DNA of 64,000 bases from Caldilineaceae bacterium. Lineage in GTDB: Bacteria > Chloroflexota > Anaerolineae > Caldilineales > Caldilineaceae. This document shows, piece after piece, positions 42,401 through 50,684 of this stretch. The stretch covers positions 223,570-287,569 of the forward strand of contig CBDCRV010000008.1 in assembly GCA_965221225.1 (NCBI GenBank), in the 5' to 3' direction. The position numbers and the translations under genes are program-made. The notes below the pieces were generated by a model. The model did no database searches. It was not told the origin of the DNA and saw only the letters and a program-made list of their open reading frames with translations. Within the stretch, counting starts at the first letter, position 1, and each line of letters starts with the position of its first letter.

Positions 42401-42541
42401 CTGGTAGGAAATGATATCCAAAGTGCCCTTTTCTGGTTCCAAGGGCTCAACATAGTTCCTGCTCCCTAAGCCGCTACAGGCAGTCAGAGCAAATAGCGCA
42501 CCCAAAAGGATCGCCAGTCTTCGTTGGTTTCTAAAACGCAT
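36413..42541 (-). CDS. Alpha-2-macroglobulin-family lipoprotein (bacterial A2M-like, no thioester motif)
   Basis: 2042 aa with a signal peptide and lipobox (LFALTAC). A long beta-rich MG-domain-like region is followed by a C-terminal alpha-helical TED-like region (NPDGGFPLWPQ, RGHWGSTQSNVFVILAM) and a receptor-binding-like C-terminus. The position expected for GCxEQ reads LSTET. Confidence 0.8.
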   Translation of the reverse strand: MRFRNQRRLAILLGALFALTACSGLGSRNYVEPLEPEKGTLDIISYQESYGENGAPWTAELGIELEESAEPASSEVTELVHASVRLLTEAEAAALLHRVPELSAGQRPPSSHSLPTARRNPPPVGDLEAVAFPPDEQLGVPEEIADRTLQVVRYSPAQDVDRAAGISLTFSLPMVPLTSQAQLAELELPVIMTPEVPGTWSWVGTRTLSFKAEGRLPGATTYRVEVPAGLPSIGKESLEFPFLWEFSTAPLALYRRYPGAERQPLRPFVALEFNQAVNSTHLKPFLSVQSGGREMEFAVIKPSFFDLPTELNRFLDNAHPDRIVVLQPLEEAAPNTTVTVEVAAGAPSAEGPLPSMASQLVSFRTIGGLRLEDQSCAVTGRHAYDCEPGEPFYLAFNNPLVIDSVSSDQLDISPPLPDGKLSVSPWGDITIFGSTSANTIYTLTWRPGPRDVYGQTFSTTQEVQFSVGEARPWLQDPGIMTLLPSSSEGFYPLYSRNLEKVRVQVYSVSPGDWPDYLKVREGLFQFPWSERKLFGSTPVFSDWIDVESSNSEFTKYDLDLNPYLKDSRGHLVLFLTPSRSLFDWERFVETNAVWIQATDINLDAYADEDLLVVRASYLTRGTPKPDVNLTLHPLGKQRTTLGDGHATFDLDANGLESSLPHYIEARLGLDTAILPRSYHYSNRPFWRNHDSAVRLSFHLFTDRLLYKPGEEVHVKGWLRQIDMDPTGDVEFTGQENNSLKYSVMDSRGIEFETGTTTLNEREAIDFAFQIPADANSGYGYICLQNAVEWDIRKAGSHLTCTGLEIQEFRRPEFALALKRNGGPQFMDTTVSLELQAHYYGGGPLANSEVMWQVSGYPSHFAPPGWDEYTFGGHIIEPWHRSSFDYVGIESGEGSGAMLDGTLSIQGTHGIDIRPSVIGSPVTYLLEANATVQDLSKQTQSTSDQFLIHPSNQFVGVKTRSYLFTQNETETISLVVVDVAGEVVPGQEVLIQGILRQSTSYATLPLGREMQEEVDCTVLSAEQPVYCEVKLAEPGLWDFRISTMDNLGRENVTLLQRYVVGKGLLPSSDSGRSEVKLVADRDTYEIGDTARILLQAPFLPAYGTVLTNRGGILTHASIEITEGQHLLEISIQELATFPNLSVTVYLTGVTAGGEGAKHNHLAAAQGSVDLSIPPISRELTLEMELSAEEMAPGDTAEIEIVVKDPEGNPVPDAEVVLLAVDEAILSLAGYIYNNPIETFYPHRYRNLSSYQLIDHLLQSRSEVSERLEADLGMGGGPMVMAMVTQESAGLPQQPADMADADSGNAVFRTSTSQSAKTGIASPTVRLDFNPLAVYRPTGATDSEGRFTASWRLPDLVGQYRIVAMATSGPRFYGLNESALVARLPLQIRTQLPRFLNYGDSAQLQFVVENQTLSDQEVTLFLQSNGLALAHQVHDLNFDAVSMTVPAQSRQLVARPAIAAFTGKQQLLVSVFNSQLEDHVQVEFPVFTPAAKEGFATYGLVEDEMVLQAFKWPTDVHSDFGALSMGVSSTLLHSLADAYLDTLTKHWLSTETLASRIMASSALREVMTVFSLPDLPSPQEIDESVQANILQVQESQNPDGGFPLWPQEATYFDSWPFTSVYVLHALIEARTAGYEVSDEVLTNGLSYLVDIRSSFPNYYSQRIRDLIEAYALYARALQQDVDIEAALGIVNRMDWPMQSGEALAWVNQVLSMSTGNEEKVQEIWDYLLDRVDETAGKANFATGYREEDGHLILSSNKRTGAILLQALIRTRPETDLMPKLVAGLLADRRRGHWGSTQSNVFVILAMRDYYRRFEDIEPNYIGRAWLDETLIYDEVFTGRSLTTKQAFLPMDWLAEKQPERILLQREGVGRMYYRLGLEYVPTDLILDPVERGFTVLRSFRGLDDPADVWQAENGVWHIKWGARVGINVTLVAVGPRYHVSLTSPLPAGMELINPALRGISPSSDPFVSPKSWYYGPWYDHQQLLDERAQAIATYLPGGVYEYDIEARATTSGTFVVPPAAAVELYAPETFGRTATDQVVVVALE

Positions 42542-42693
42542 AGTGCTCTTGCCCTGACTTGAGGAAATATGACCTTAAGGGAACGAGGCCGTTAATTCTA
42601 GGATTAGACTGAGGCGACCTGTGTGAGAAACCCACTCAGCAATTGCCACCACATTGGCCTCGAGATTGCCATAGCAGTCACTCGGGTCGCATA

Positions 42694-43293
42694 CTAACCG
42701 GAAGCGTCTTTGGCATAGATTGAAATCCTCTGAATCTTATCGCCAGGTGCTACAGCGGACATCGGATCTCTAGTGGAGATATTGTTCACAGCGTCCGTCC
42801 CATCAGTCACTTTGCCGAAGATGGTGTGTTTGTGGTTCAGATGTGGGGTAGGCGCGAAGGTGATGAAAAACTGGCTCCCATTGCTGTGCGGTCCTGAGTT
42901 GGCCATGGCGAGCAGATATGGGCTGTCGAATACAAGATCTCGGCTGAATTCATCCCTAAACCTGTATCCTGGGCCGCCTCGCCCTGACCCTGAAGGATCT
43001 CCGCCTTGGGCCATGAATCCTTCAATAACCCGGTGGAAAGTCGTGTCGTCATAGAATCCTGTCAGAGCCAAGTAAACGAAATTGTTGACTGTCACCGGAG
43101 CTTGGCTGTTGTACAGAAGTACTGTGATATCCCCCTGATCAGTGTGCAACACTGCAGTGTAGTCTTTTCCACTTTCGGCAACTTGAGGGGGTAATTTGCC
43201 GAACATTCCTTCACGTCTCTCGGCATCAACTGCCATATCAATCTCTATTCGGGCCACTGGCTGACCCGAAACTTCCTGTCCTTGAACGTTCAC
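42694..43293 (-). CDS. Cyclophilin-type peptidyl-prolyl cis-trans isomerase
   Basis: VNNFVYLA, FHRVIEGFMAQGGDP, GGPGYRFRDEF, NGSQFFIT and HTIFGKV. The GTG start lies 7 nt after AGGAG. No signal peptide. Confidence 0.92.
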   Translation of the reverse strand: MNVQGQEVSGQPVARIEIDMAVDAERREGMFGKLPPQVAESGKDYTAVLHTDQGDITVLLYNSQAPVTVNNFVYLALTGFYDDTTFHRVIEGFMAQGGDPSGSGRGGPGYRFRDEFSRDLVFDSPYLLAMANSGPHSNGSQFFITFAPTPHLNHKHTIFGKVTDGTDAVNNISTRDPMSAVAPGDKIQRISIYAKDASG

Positions 43294-43380
43294 TAATTCA
43301 CTCCTAATAATCGAACTGCGGTCAGTTTCACAACTGTCCTGTTGGTTGGCGTAGTTGGTATGTGTATAGGGTGCAGGACA

Positions 43381-44847
43381 CTAGCTGGATCCTTCGCTAC
43401 TCTGGGTCTCAACAGCTGGTGTAGGCTGCGGCAGGATCGGACCAGCCTCTCCGGCAAAAACGACAACACTTTCCAGGATTGCATCGGGGTTCTCAATCCA
43501 TTTGGCCATCGTCTCCCAACCTGCCGTGAGACCACCAATTACCAAATATTCCGTCATAATTTCATGGGACATTTCTCCGGGGGCCAATATCAAAGCACCC
43601 CCTTGTACCACGCTTGGATCGCTGAAATCTGGCAGATAAAATAGCATTCCCTGTCGCGGTTCAACCGTAATATGCCCATTCCCAAGGGGCAACGTGTACC
43701 CCACCATGCCATCACGAGTGCCATCTAGGACGCCCAGGAAGATGGAGTGGGATTGGGACGAGTACAAAATTGGTACATTGTCAAAGAAACCAATGTCTGC
43801 CAGCACCGCGAAGTTATTAACCGCATCAAAAGCAGTGTCCGGGAACAATTCCAAAGTAATGGACCCGTAATTCGACTCAAGAGTTACGCCATAGGGTTGA
43901 TTCCTCTCCAATACTTCGTCTGGAGGAGTATTGAAAAGGTTTTTCCTGTCCACGGGATCCAGTTTCGCCAGAGGCCTGGAATCTTCATCCAGAATTTGAT
44001 GTGGCGCGAAAGGCGTGGGCTCGGGAGTCGGAGTTGGAATCGGAGTTGGCACTGGAGTCGGATCAGGAGCGGGTAGCGCGCTGTCTGTGCTTTCGAATAT
44101 ATCTATCGTGTCGATCACATCTGCGGGACCACCAGCCTGTGGGTCCCGTCTTGTTAAGCCATCAACAACTTCCTGGCCTGAAATGACCTCACCGAAAATA
44201 GTATGGCGTTGATTCAGATGGGTGGTAGGCACGAAAGTTACGAAGAACTGGCTCCCGTTTGTTGCGGGCCCGGCATTGGCCATCGCCAATAGATACGGAC
44301 GATCAAACTGCAGGTTTCCAACGAATTCATCCTGGAATTTATATCCAGGACCGCCTCTCCCTGTACCGGTCGGATCCCCAGCCTGCGCCATGAAGTCTTC
44401 CAGGACCCGATGAAAAATCGTTTTGTCGTAGTAGCCCGTCAAAGACAGGTAAATGAAGTTGTTGACTGTGACTGGGGTCCTATCCGCGAAAAGCTGTACG
44501 GTGATGTTGCCGGTGTCTGTTCTGATGACTGCATAGTAGACCTTCCCGTCGTCAAGTACGAAGGGGGGTGCTTGGTCGAAGAAGCCGTCGCGCTTGACTG
44601 GGTCTGCGGGCATCGAGACCTCAATTTGCTCTAATTCAGTACCTAATTCGGACTCAGCCACCGCTTCCACTTCCTGTCCCGAATCAGGACTTATACTTTC
44701 CGCTTTTGTCGCGGCGGTCCCTGACCCTTCAACTTCCTTTTCAGTAACAGCGTTGTTGCCACAGGCAGCAATTAGCAACATGCTGGCCGAAAGTATTCCT
44801 ATTAGGGGCCTTGTAAAGTGTCTCAGCCTACGGTGCATGAAAAACAT
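43381..44847 (-). CDS. Lipoprotein with a cyclophilin PPIase domain plus a degenerate cyclophilin-like C-terminal domain
   Basis: Lipobox LLIAAC. Domain 1 carries FHRVLEDFMAQAGDP and GGPGYKFQDEF. A (P/T)-rich linker reads PAPDPTPVPTPIPTPTPEPTP. Domain 2 keeps GSITLELFPD..AVNNFAVLA but lacks the FHRV and GGDP catalytic blocks. Confidence 0.85.
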   Translation of the reverse strand: MFFMHRRLRHFTRPLIGILSASMLLIAACGNNAVTEKEVEGSGTAATKAESISPDSGQEVEAVAESELGTELEQIEVSMPADPVKRDGFFDQAPPFVLDDGKVYYAVIRTDTGNITVQLFADRTPVTVNNFIYLSLTGYYDKTIFHRVLEDFMAQAGDPTGTGRGGPGYKFQDEFVGNLQFDRPYLLAMANAGPATNGSQFFVTFVPTTHLNQRHTIFGEVISGQEVVDGLTRRDPQAGGPADVIDTIDIFESTDSALPAPDPTPVPTPIPTPTPEPTPFAPHQILDEDSRPLAKLDPVDRKNLFNTPPDEVLERNQPYGVTLESNYGSITLELFPDTAFDAVNNFAVLADIGFFDNVPILYSSQSHSIFLGVLDGTRDGMVGYTLPLGNGHITVEPRQGMLFYLPDFSDPSVVQGGALILAPGEMSHEIMTEYLVIGGLTAGWETMAKWIENPDAILESVVVFAGEAGPILPQPTPAVETQSSEGSS

Positions 44848-44914
44848 CTCTCTTGCTAAATTCAGAAAGGTGACGTCTGCGGAGAAAGGATGGGCCCGTT
44901 TAGGAGGTCATCCA

Positions 44915-47131
44915 TTAGGGGGCGAGGGCAGTCAGGATTTGGGATCGGCGGTTGTTCTCTCTGATGCCGCTATCACAATAAATCCCAAGTGACCGCCGAG
45001 CGCGGGTTATTCCCACATAAAACAGCCTCAGTCTCTCTTCCACAGTCTGACACTTTGAACGATGCGTAGCCAAACCCGGAATATAGCGGCTCACGTCTGG
45101 ATTTGCCATTTCCTGCAACATGAATCGACCCTCAGCGGCCAGACTCAAGTCGTCCCGGACATAATATGGATTTCCTCTGAAACTGTCTTTTTCGGGGTCC
45201 CAGGGGAATTCATAGTCATTGACGCCGACTAGATAGACTCTGTCCCATTCCAGACCTTTGGCCGAATGGAAGGTGCTAACAGTAACTCGCCCAGGTTCCG
45301 GCGAATACAAAGAGGCATCATGTAACAGGCTCGCGTTACGTGAACGGCCCGAAGCAAGTTCCCTGAGTTCCCTCTGACAATCACGCAAATTGAACCCTTG
45401 GTCCTTTCTCCGCAAATCTCCTAAGTGCAATGCCACCCGGTGGGCTAAAGCCAAGTCCTCAGGATTACTGAATAAATCCTGGCCCAGCATCAAGATTACT
45501 TCGTCAATAGGTAAGACCACGGCTCCGGACCAACTACGCAGAATCGTATGAAAGATTGCCAATAGTTGTTTGACTTCTGGGGACAGAGCTCTCCCTTTCT
45601 TGCCGGGCCCTTCCAGCATCATCATCCAGTCCTCTATGAATTTGTACCGATTCCAAATGGCCTCAAGAAAATCCGAGAGCTGATGCAACTGTTTTTCCAG
45701 TTTCTGGCTCTCTGCCTCCTCCGCAGATTCCATCTCTTCGACCAGATCCTCTTTCCATATCCTTTCCCAGACCAATTTGGTTCTATTGAGATCCGGGTTC
45801 ACCACAAATTGAAGAGCCACTTCTAATTTGCTGACCTGTACTGTGGTCCGTCTCGATACCTGAAGCAGAGAATCATCAACGGAAAGACCTGCGGCCACAA
45901 GTTGCTTGACCAGTTCACTGCCTCGATAGTTAGTCGGCGTCAACACTGCCACAGTCTGAGTCCGCCCTGCGGTTCCTCTAACAAACTTGCCAAGGCTCCT
46001 TATCACTTCCCTATCCGCCTTATCCACGGACAGAGTGTGGGAATACAGAAAAACTGCCTGTCCACCCACCGGATTGGGCTGGGGATCACTCTCGTCAGTG
46101 GGCTCAATTAACGGATACACCAGTCCTTCCCTTTGACCATTTCGCTGGTCAAGTCTATGAGACCATCGGATTAGGTCGTTGGCCCAACCCATGATCTGCA
46201 GGTGACAGCGGCCTGATTGAGGCAGGGCATATTTATAAGTTGCTGGAGATTGCAGAAACCTTTGAAGCTGACCAGGAACTGAACCATTGAATGAGGTGTT
46301 GATAGCCTGATTGGGATCGCCCATTCGTACCCAATTTCCTGATTCGGCAGTCAGCCGCTTCAGCAGGGCCTCTTGGATTAGGCTGCTATCCTGGGCCTCG
46401 TCTTCTAATATGTATGGCCATTTTTTCTGCAACCGAGCACAGAGTGCGGCGTCGGCGTCGACAATATCTACAGCCAGTCGCATCAGATCATCGTAATCGA
46501 GGGCGTTTTCGGCCGTCAGAACCTGCTGGTACCGTAGGTATACCTCAATTATGAATTGACAGAGGGGTCGCGATGTACTGCACCCCTCAAGGTATCCCTT
46601 CAGCTGCATGGAATCTAGGCGAAACTGCTTGGCGTCCCTAAGCAGCTGCGCAGCCAATTCGTCCAAGTCCCGCCGAGCACGTTTCTGGTTTTGGCGATTG
46701 CCCGCCATCAGTTCCGGCTTGTAATAATGCGCCAGCAAATCTGGCTCCTGTCTGACAACATATTCCACTGCTTCTTCCAGTAGTTTTCTTGCGGGACGCT
46801 CCTCTACTACGGCAAAATCTTCATCGAGGTTTACGGCTGAAGGGCGGGCGCGCACTATTTCATGCGCCAACGAATGAAGCGTACGCACGGCATATCCGAT
46901 GTGCGGCATGGCACCGTGCCGATTCTTCATGTTCTCACGTAGGCGGGAGCGAAAGTTCTGCACCGCGGTTCGTGAAAACGTCACGATTAGAACTTCCTGT
47001 TGGTCCAACGTGCCGCGGCGTGCCAATTCCTGGATGAGTTCACCGGCCAGTAAACTCAGGGTTAAAGTCTTGCCGCTGCCTGGAACAGCACTTACGCCGG
47101 CCCTTCCACCTCTGTAGGACAAGACCTCCAA
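44915..47131 (-). CDS. UvrD/Rep/PcrA-family (SF1A) DNA helicase
   Basis: Walker A is AVPGSGKT, motif II is ILEDEAQDS, and C-terminal blocks are VSTFHSAKGLEWD and LFYVGITRARRSL. The listed start is TTG 47131, but the aligned Q-motif Gln is the codon just upstream (see findings). Confidence 0.85.
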   Translation of the reverse strand: MEVLSYRGGRAGVSAVPGSGKTLTLSLLAGELIQELARRGTLDQQEVLIVTFSRTAVQNFRSRLRENMKNRHGAMPHIGYAVRTLHSLAHEIVRARPSAVNLDEDFAVVEERPARKLLEEAVEYVVRQEPDLLAHYYKPELMAGNRQNQKRARRDLDELAAQLLRDAKQFRLDSMQLKGYLEGCSTSRPLCQFIIEVYLRYQQVLTAENALDYDDLMRLAVDIVDADAALCARLQKKWPYILEDEAQDSSLIQEALLKRLTAESGNWVRMGDPNQAINTSFNGSVPGQLQRFLQSPATYKYALPQSGRCHLQIMGWANDLIRWSHRLDQRNGQREGLVYPLIEPTDESDPQPNPVGGQAVFLYSHTLSVDKADREVIRSLGKFVRGTAGRTQTVAVLTPTNYRGSELVKQLVAAGLSVDDSLLQVSRRTTVQVSKLEVALQFVVNPDLNRTKLVWERIWKEDLVEEMESAEEAESQKLEKQLHQLSDFLEAIWNRYKFIEDWMMMLEGPGKKGRALSPEVKQLLAIFHTILRSWSGAVVLPIDEVILMLGQDLFSNPEDLALAHRVALHLGDLRRKDQGFNLRDCQRELRELASGRSRNASLLHDASLYSPEPGRVTVSTFHSAKGLEWDRVYLVGVNDYEFPWDPEKDSFRGNPYYVRDDLSLAAEGRFMLQEMANPDVSRYIPGLATHRSKCQTVEERLRLFYVGITRARRSLGIYCDSGIRENNRRSQILTALAP

Positions 47132-47241
47132 CTGCCCGCTCCGAAGTTGCAGAAAGTTGCCAGTTTCAGAGGGAATAGTAATTCTCGGCTCCGCGAAAAT
47201 GCCAGGCGACCGGCGTTTGCATTAGATGTCTAGACCACGGG

Positions 47242-47541
47242 TTACGTGACCTCCACGGGAGCTGGTGGTTCGAAGTCACCCAACACCCGTAACACACCTA
47301 CTTGCTGGCCTTGGGCATCCAACGAGGCGTGTTGAATTACTACTGAGGCCTGACTGCCATCATCCAGCTCCAGCACCATGGCCTTGGTGCGTTGCAATTC
47401 TGGAAAGGTCTTGCCTATGCCCAGTGCTTTGGAAGTATAGCTGACCCGAATAGGGTCGATCTCATAGGTCTTGAAAACGGTCACTTTCACTTCGTCCAGC
47501 TGGGCGAGCGGTTTGCCGTCAAGTGACAAGATTCCCTTCAT
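47242..47541 (-). CDS. Hypothetical protein (99 aa)
   Basis: ATG-initiated ORF that fills the gap between glyQS and the helicase on the same strand. I recognise no motif and see no TM or signal peptide. Confidence 0.5.
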   Translation of the reverse strand: MKGILSLDGKPLAQLDEVKVTVFKTYEIDPIRVSYTSKALGIGKTFPELQRTKAMVLELDDGSQASVVIQHASLDAQGQQVGVLRVLGDFEPPAPVEVT

Positions 47542-47584
47542 GCCAGTTATGTCGTCCTTTTTCTTTCACTCGAGTCCCGCCATT

Positions 47585-50500
47585 CTAGCATTCGACTCGC
47601 CCTGACCTTGGTTCGCTATGCAATTGGGTAAGATCCCCCAAGTGCTGCCCCAAGCTGCGTATATCGGCCATCAGCCCCAGACGACTGTGGCGCAAAACTG
47701 GATCTTCCGCTAGTACCATTACAGTCTCAAAGAAGCTGTTGATAAGGGGATACAGCATAGACATTGCGGCCCGAAAAGTAGCTACATCAGTTGGCTGCTC
47801 TACCCACAGCTGGCCAACTTCCTGAATTTTGCTGTAAAGGGCTTTCTCCGCTTGCGTCTCCAACATTGGGTCCGAGCCGTTCTCCTTTGTGTAATCCTTG
47901 GGCAGAATTCGAACGCAGCGAATGTAAGCCATTAATTGCTCGTGCCATTCCGGCTGGTCTGCGGCTATGGCGAGCTCTTCGGCCACCCGCACAGTGCGCA
48001 GCGGGTTTCTCACGGGGCGGGACGTGACCGCTTCAATCACGTCCAGAGGCAAACCCTGTTCCCGCATGAGGATTTGCAGGCGGCGGTCTAAGAAGGCGAG
48101 CGCTTCCTTTTCGGTTTCTGGCGGGACGTCAATGTCGTGAATACGGGCCGCAGCTGCTATTCCAGCCTCAAGATCAAAGTCCATGTCCTTCTGGATCAGG
48201 CCTTTTACCAGGCCGAGTCCAAGGCGCCGCAGTCCAAAGGGATCGGAGTTGCCGCTAGCGCGGACTCCAACTGCCATCAATCCCACCAAGGAGTCAAGAC
48301 GGTCCACGATGCTCAGCACCAGGCCAGCCCGGCTCCCTGGCACTGGGCCTTCTGCCGACCGCGGCTGATAATGTTCGCTGATGGCCCGGCAAACCATTTC
48401 CTGTTCACCTTTGGTCCGAGCATAGAATTCCATCATAGTCCCCTGCAAGCTGGTCATCTCAACGACCATTTGCATGACCAAATCGCATTTACACAGGGCT
48501 GCGGCCCGTTCACAGGCTGTCTGTTCAGCCGCGTTAAGGCCGGCTAACTGGGACACAACAGGGGCCAGAGCTACCAGCCTCTGGACCTTGTCCCACATGG
48601 TACCGAGCTGCATGTGGAATGTTAGGGTCTGCAGCCTTTCTCGCATTTCGTCCAACGATGTGGCCAAATCCCGTTTTACAAAGAACGCTGCATCGGCAAA
48701 TCGCGCATTTACGACGCTTTCGTTCCCCGTCCGAATAGCCTCAGGATTCTGGCTTTCCAGACCATTGACAACAGTAATAAAATGGGGGAGCAGCTGGTCC
48801 GGATGATCAGCTTTGTAGACGGGAAAATACCGTTGGTGTTTGCGCATTACGGTAATCAAAACTGCTACAGGCAGGTCTAGATATTCCGAGGGGAAAGTGC
48901 CAGACAAGACGCGCGGTGCCTCAATCAAATCTGTGACCTCTTCCAGCAGATCTTCATCCGCCTGTACTATGCCGCCCAAAGCGGCCGCAGCGGCGCTGAC
49001 CTGCTTCAAGACTTCGGCCTTTCGCTCCGGTCGGTCCAAGACAATTCCTTGGGCTTCCAACCAAGCCAAGTATTCCGCCGGTCCAGATACCCGTTGATAA
49101 GTGTGAAACAGATCCGCCGCTTGTTGCCTCGCTTCCATATAGCGAGGACCTCGGGTAGTGGGCCCGGCAGTGATCCCTCCCCAAGTCCAAGATATAGTCG
49201 TAGATCCCAAAAACGCCATTAGCCAACGCACAGGTCGCGGAAAAGAGACGCCGGAAGCGTTCCAACGCATGGATTTGGACCAGCGCAAACTGTCCAGCGT
49301 ATTGGTCAAGACTTCCGGCAGAACAGTAGCAGCGGACTGGCCTTTACTCAGGATCTGGGCAAACAAATAACCGTCTTTCCGAATGAGTCTACCCACTGGT
49401 TGCCCACAACTGCGGGCGAAGCCTGCCGCGGCCTTAGTGGGCGTTCCATCTCTATCAAAAGCAACTCTAAGCGAAGGTCCACGCCTTTCCGTTTCTTCAT
49501 CCGCCTGATGCGCAACCAAGTCCTCCACCCGAATGACCAAGCGCCGGACTGTGCCTGACATTGTTATGGGGCCATGCTTTAACCTGTGGCTTTTCAAATA
49601 CTGAGGCACCAGTACCTGGAGCTGCTGCAGCCCATGGGCGACTTCGTGGGCTGGTAATTCCTCCATGCCGACTTCCACTAGCAAAGTTGTAGTTTCTGTA
49701 GTTTCTGGCTTGGGTCTAGCACTCGTACCTTTCGCTTTCTGCAGTTTCGGGATGTTCTCCTTACTACTGCTTAAGAACGGGTATTCCTCGCGTAGTCTTT
49801 CTGCTAAGTAGAGAGTTGACACTTCACGGGCCTGCCTACGCATATCTCCAAAGAACTGTGCCCGTTCCGTGACGCCAATGGCGCCTCTGGCGTCCAGAAG
49901 ATTAAAGTTATGACTCTGACGCAGTAAGTAGTCATAAGCCAAGTAAGCCAAGCCCTGTTCCAGGCAGGCGTCAGCTTCAGCCTGATACAGGGCATGAAGG
50001 GCCTGCAACCTTTCTATGGAGGCAGTGTCGAAATTATAACGACTGTGCTCAACTTCATGGGTTTTATACAGGTCGGCATAAGTGTGCTTTCCATCTACGT
50101 CGATCGACCACACTTCCGAACGGTTCTGCAAAAACATTGCGATGCGTTCCAAACCGTAGGTAATCTCCACACTGACAGGATCCAATACCTGTCCGCCGGC
50201 CTGCTGAAAATATGTGAATTGCGTAATTTCTTGCCCATCAAGCCAGACTTCCCAACCCAGGCCCCAAGCCCCAAGAGCAGGAGATTCCCAGTTGTCCTCC
50301 ACAAATCGGATGTCATGCTCGCATCTATCTAGTCCCAGAGCTGACAGACTGGCCAAATATAGCTCTTGTGGGTGGCCAGGTTCCGGTTTCAGAATGACTT
50401 GGTATTGTGTATGCATCTGCATTCGATTGGGGTTTTCGGCATAACGCCCGTCGTCAGCACGGAAGGATGGTTCTACGTACCCGACATGCCAAGGCTCTGG

Positions 50501-50644
50501 ACCTAACACGCGCAAAAAAGTAGCGGGATTCATGGTGCCGGCGCCCACTTTCTCCCCGTGTGGATTCCAGATGGTGCAACCCTGGCTGGACCAAAAGCCA
50601 TGCAGGCATTGAATGATGCCTTGCAGGGAATGTGTAGACTTCAC
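47585..50644 (-). CDS. glyQS: Glycine--tRNA ligase, fused alpha and beta subunits
   Basis: The N-terminal ~290 aa is GlyQ ([46 protein letters not shown]). After a basic linker the rest is GlyS ([11 protein letters not shown]...). GTG 50644 matches the usual GlyQ N-terminus. The ORF track start at 50725 overlaps the upstream gene. Confidence 0.9.
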   Translation of the reverse strand: MKSTHSLQGIIQCLHGFWSSQGCTIWNPHGEKVGAGTMNPATFLRVLGPEPWHVGYVEPSFRADDGRYAENPNRMQMHTQYQVILKPEPGHPQELYLASLSALGLDRCEHDIRFVEDNWESPALGAWGLGWEVWLDGQEITQFTYFQQAGGQVLDPVSVEITYGLERIAMFLQNRSEVWSIDVDGKHTYADLYKTHEVEHSRYNFDTASIERLQALHALYQAEADACLEQGLAYLAYDYLLRQSHNFNLLDARGAIGVTERAQFFGDMRRQAREVSTLYLAERLREEYPFLSSSKENIPKLQKAKGTSARPKPETTETTTLLVEVGMEELPAHEVAHGLQQLQVLVPQYLKSHRLKHGPITMSGTVRRLVIRVEDLVAHQADEETERRGPSLRVAFDRDGTPTKAAAGFARSCGQPVGRLIRKDGYLFAQILSKGQSAATVLPEVLTNTLDSLRWSKSMRWNASGVSFPRPVRWLMAFLGSTTISWTWGGITAGPTTRGPRYMEARQQAADLFHTYQRVSGPAEYLAWLEAQGIVLDRPERKAEVLKQVSAAAAALGGIVQADEDLLEEVTDLIEAPRVLSGTFPSEYLDLPVAVLITVMRKHQRYFPVYKADHPDQLLPHFITVVNGLESQNPEAIRTGNESVVNARFADAAFFVKRDLATSLDEMRERLQTLTFHMQLGTMWDKVQRLVALAPVVSQLAGLNAAEQTACERAAALCKCDLVMQMVVEMTSLQGTMMEFYARTKGEQEMVCRAISEHYQPRSAEGPVPGSRAGLVLSIVDRLDSLVGLMAVGVRASGNSDPFGLRRLGLGLVKGLIQKDMDFDLEAGIAAAARIHDIDVPPETEKEALAFLDRRLQILMREQGLPLDVIEAVTSRPVRNPLRTVRVAEELAIAADQPEWHEQLMAYIRCVRILPKDYTKENGSDPMLETQAEKALYSKIQEVGQLWVEQPTDVATFRAAMSMLYPLINSFFETVMVLAEDPVLRHSRLGLMADIRSLGQHLGDLTQLHSEPRSGRVEC

Positions 50645-50684
50645 GTTCGTATTTCTTCTTAGGTAGCTGAAACGAGGACGGTAG

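Noticed and set aside
44013-44075. Short tandem-repeat-like DNA (GGAGTCGGAGTTGGAATCGGAGTTGGCACTGGAGTCGGA)
   Set aside because: It is the reverse complement of the codons for the PT-rich linker (PTPVPTPIPTPTPEPTP) inside the lipoprotein cyclophilin gene. It is not a CRISPR or intergenic repeat.
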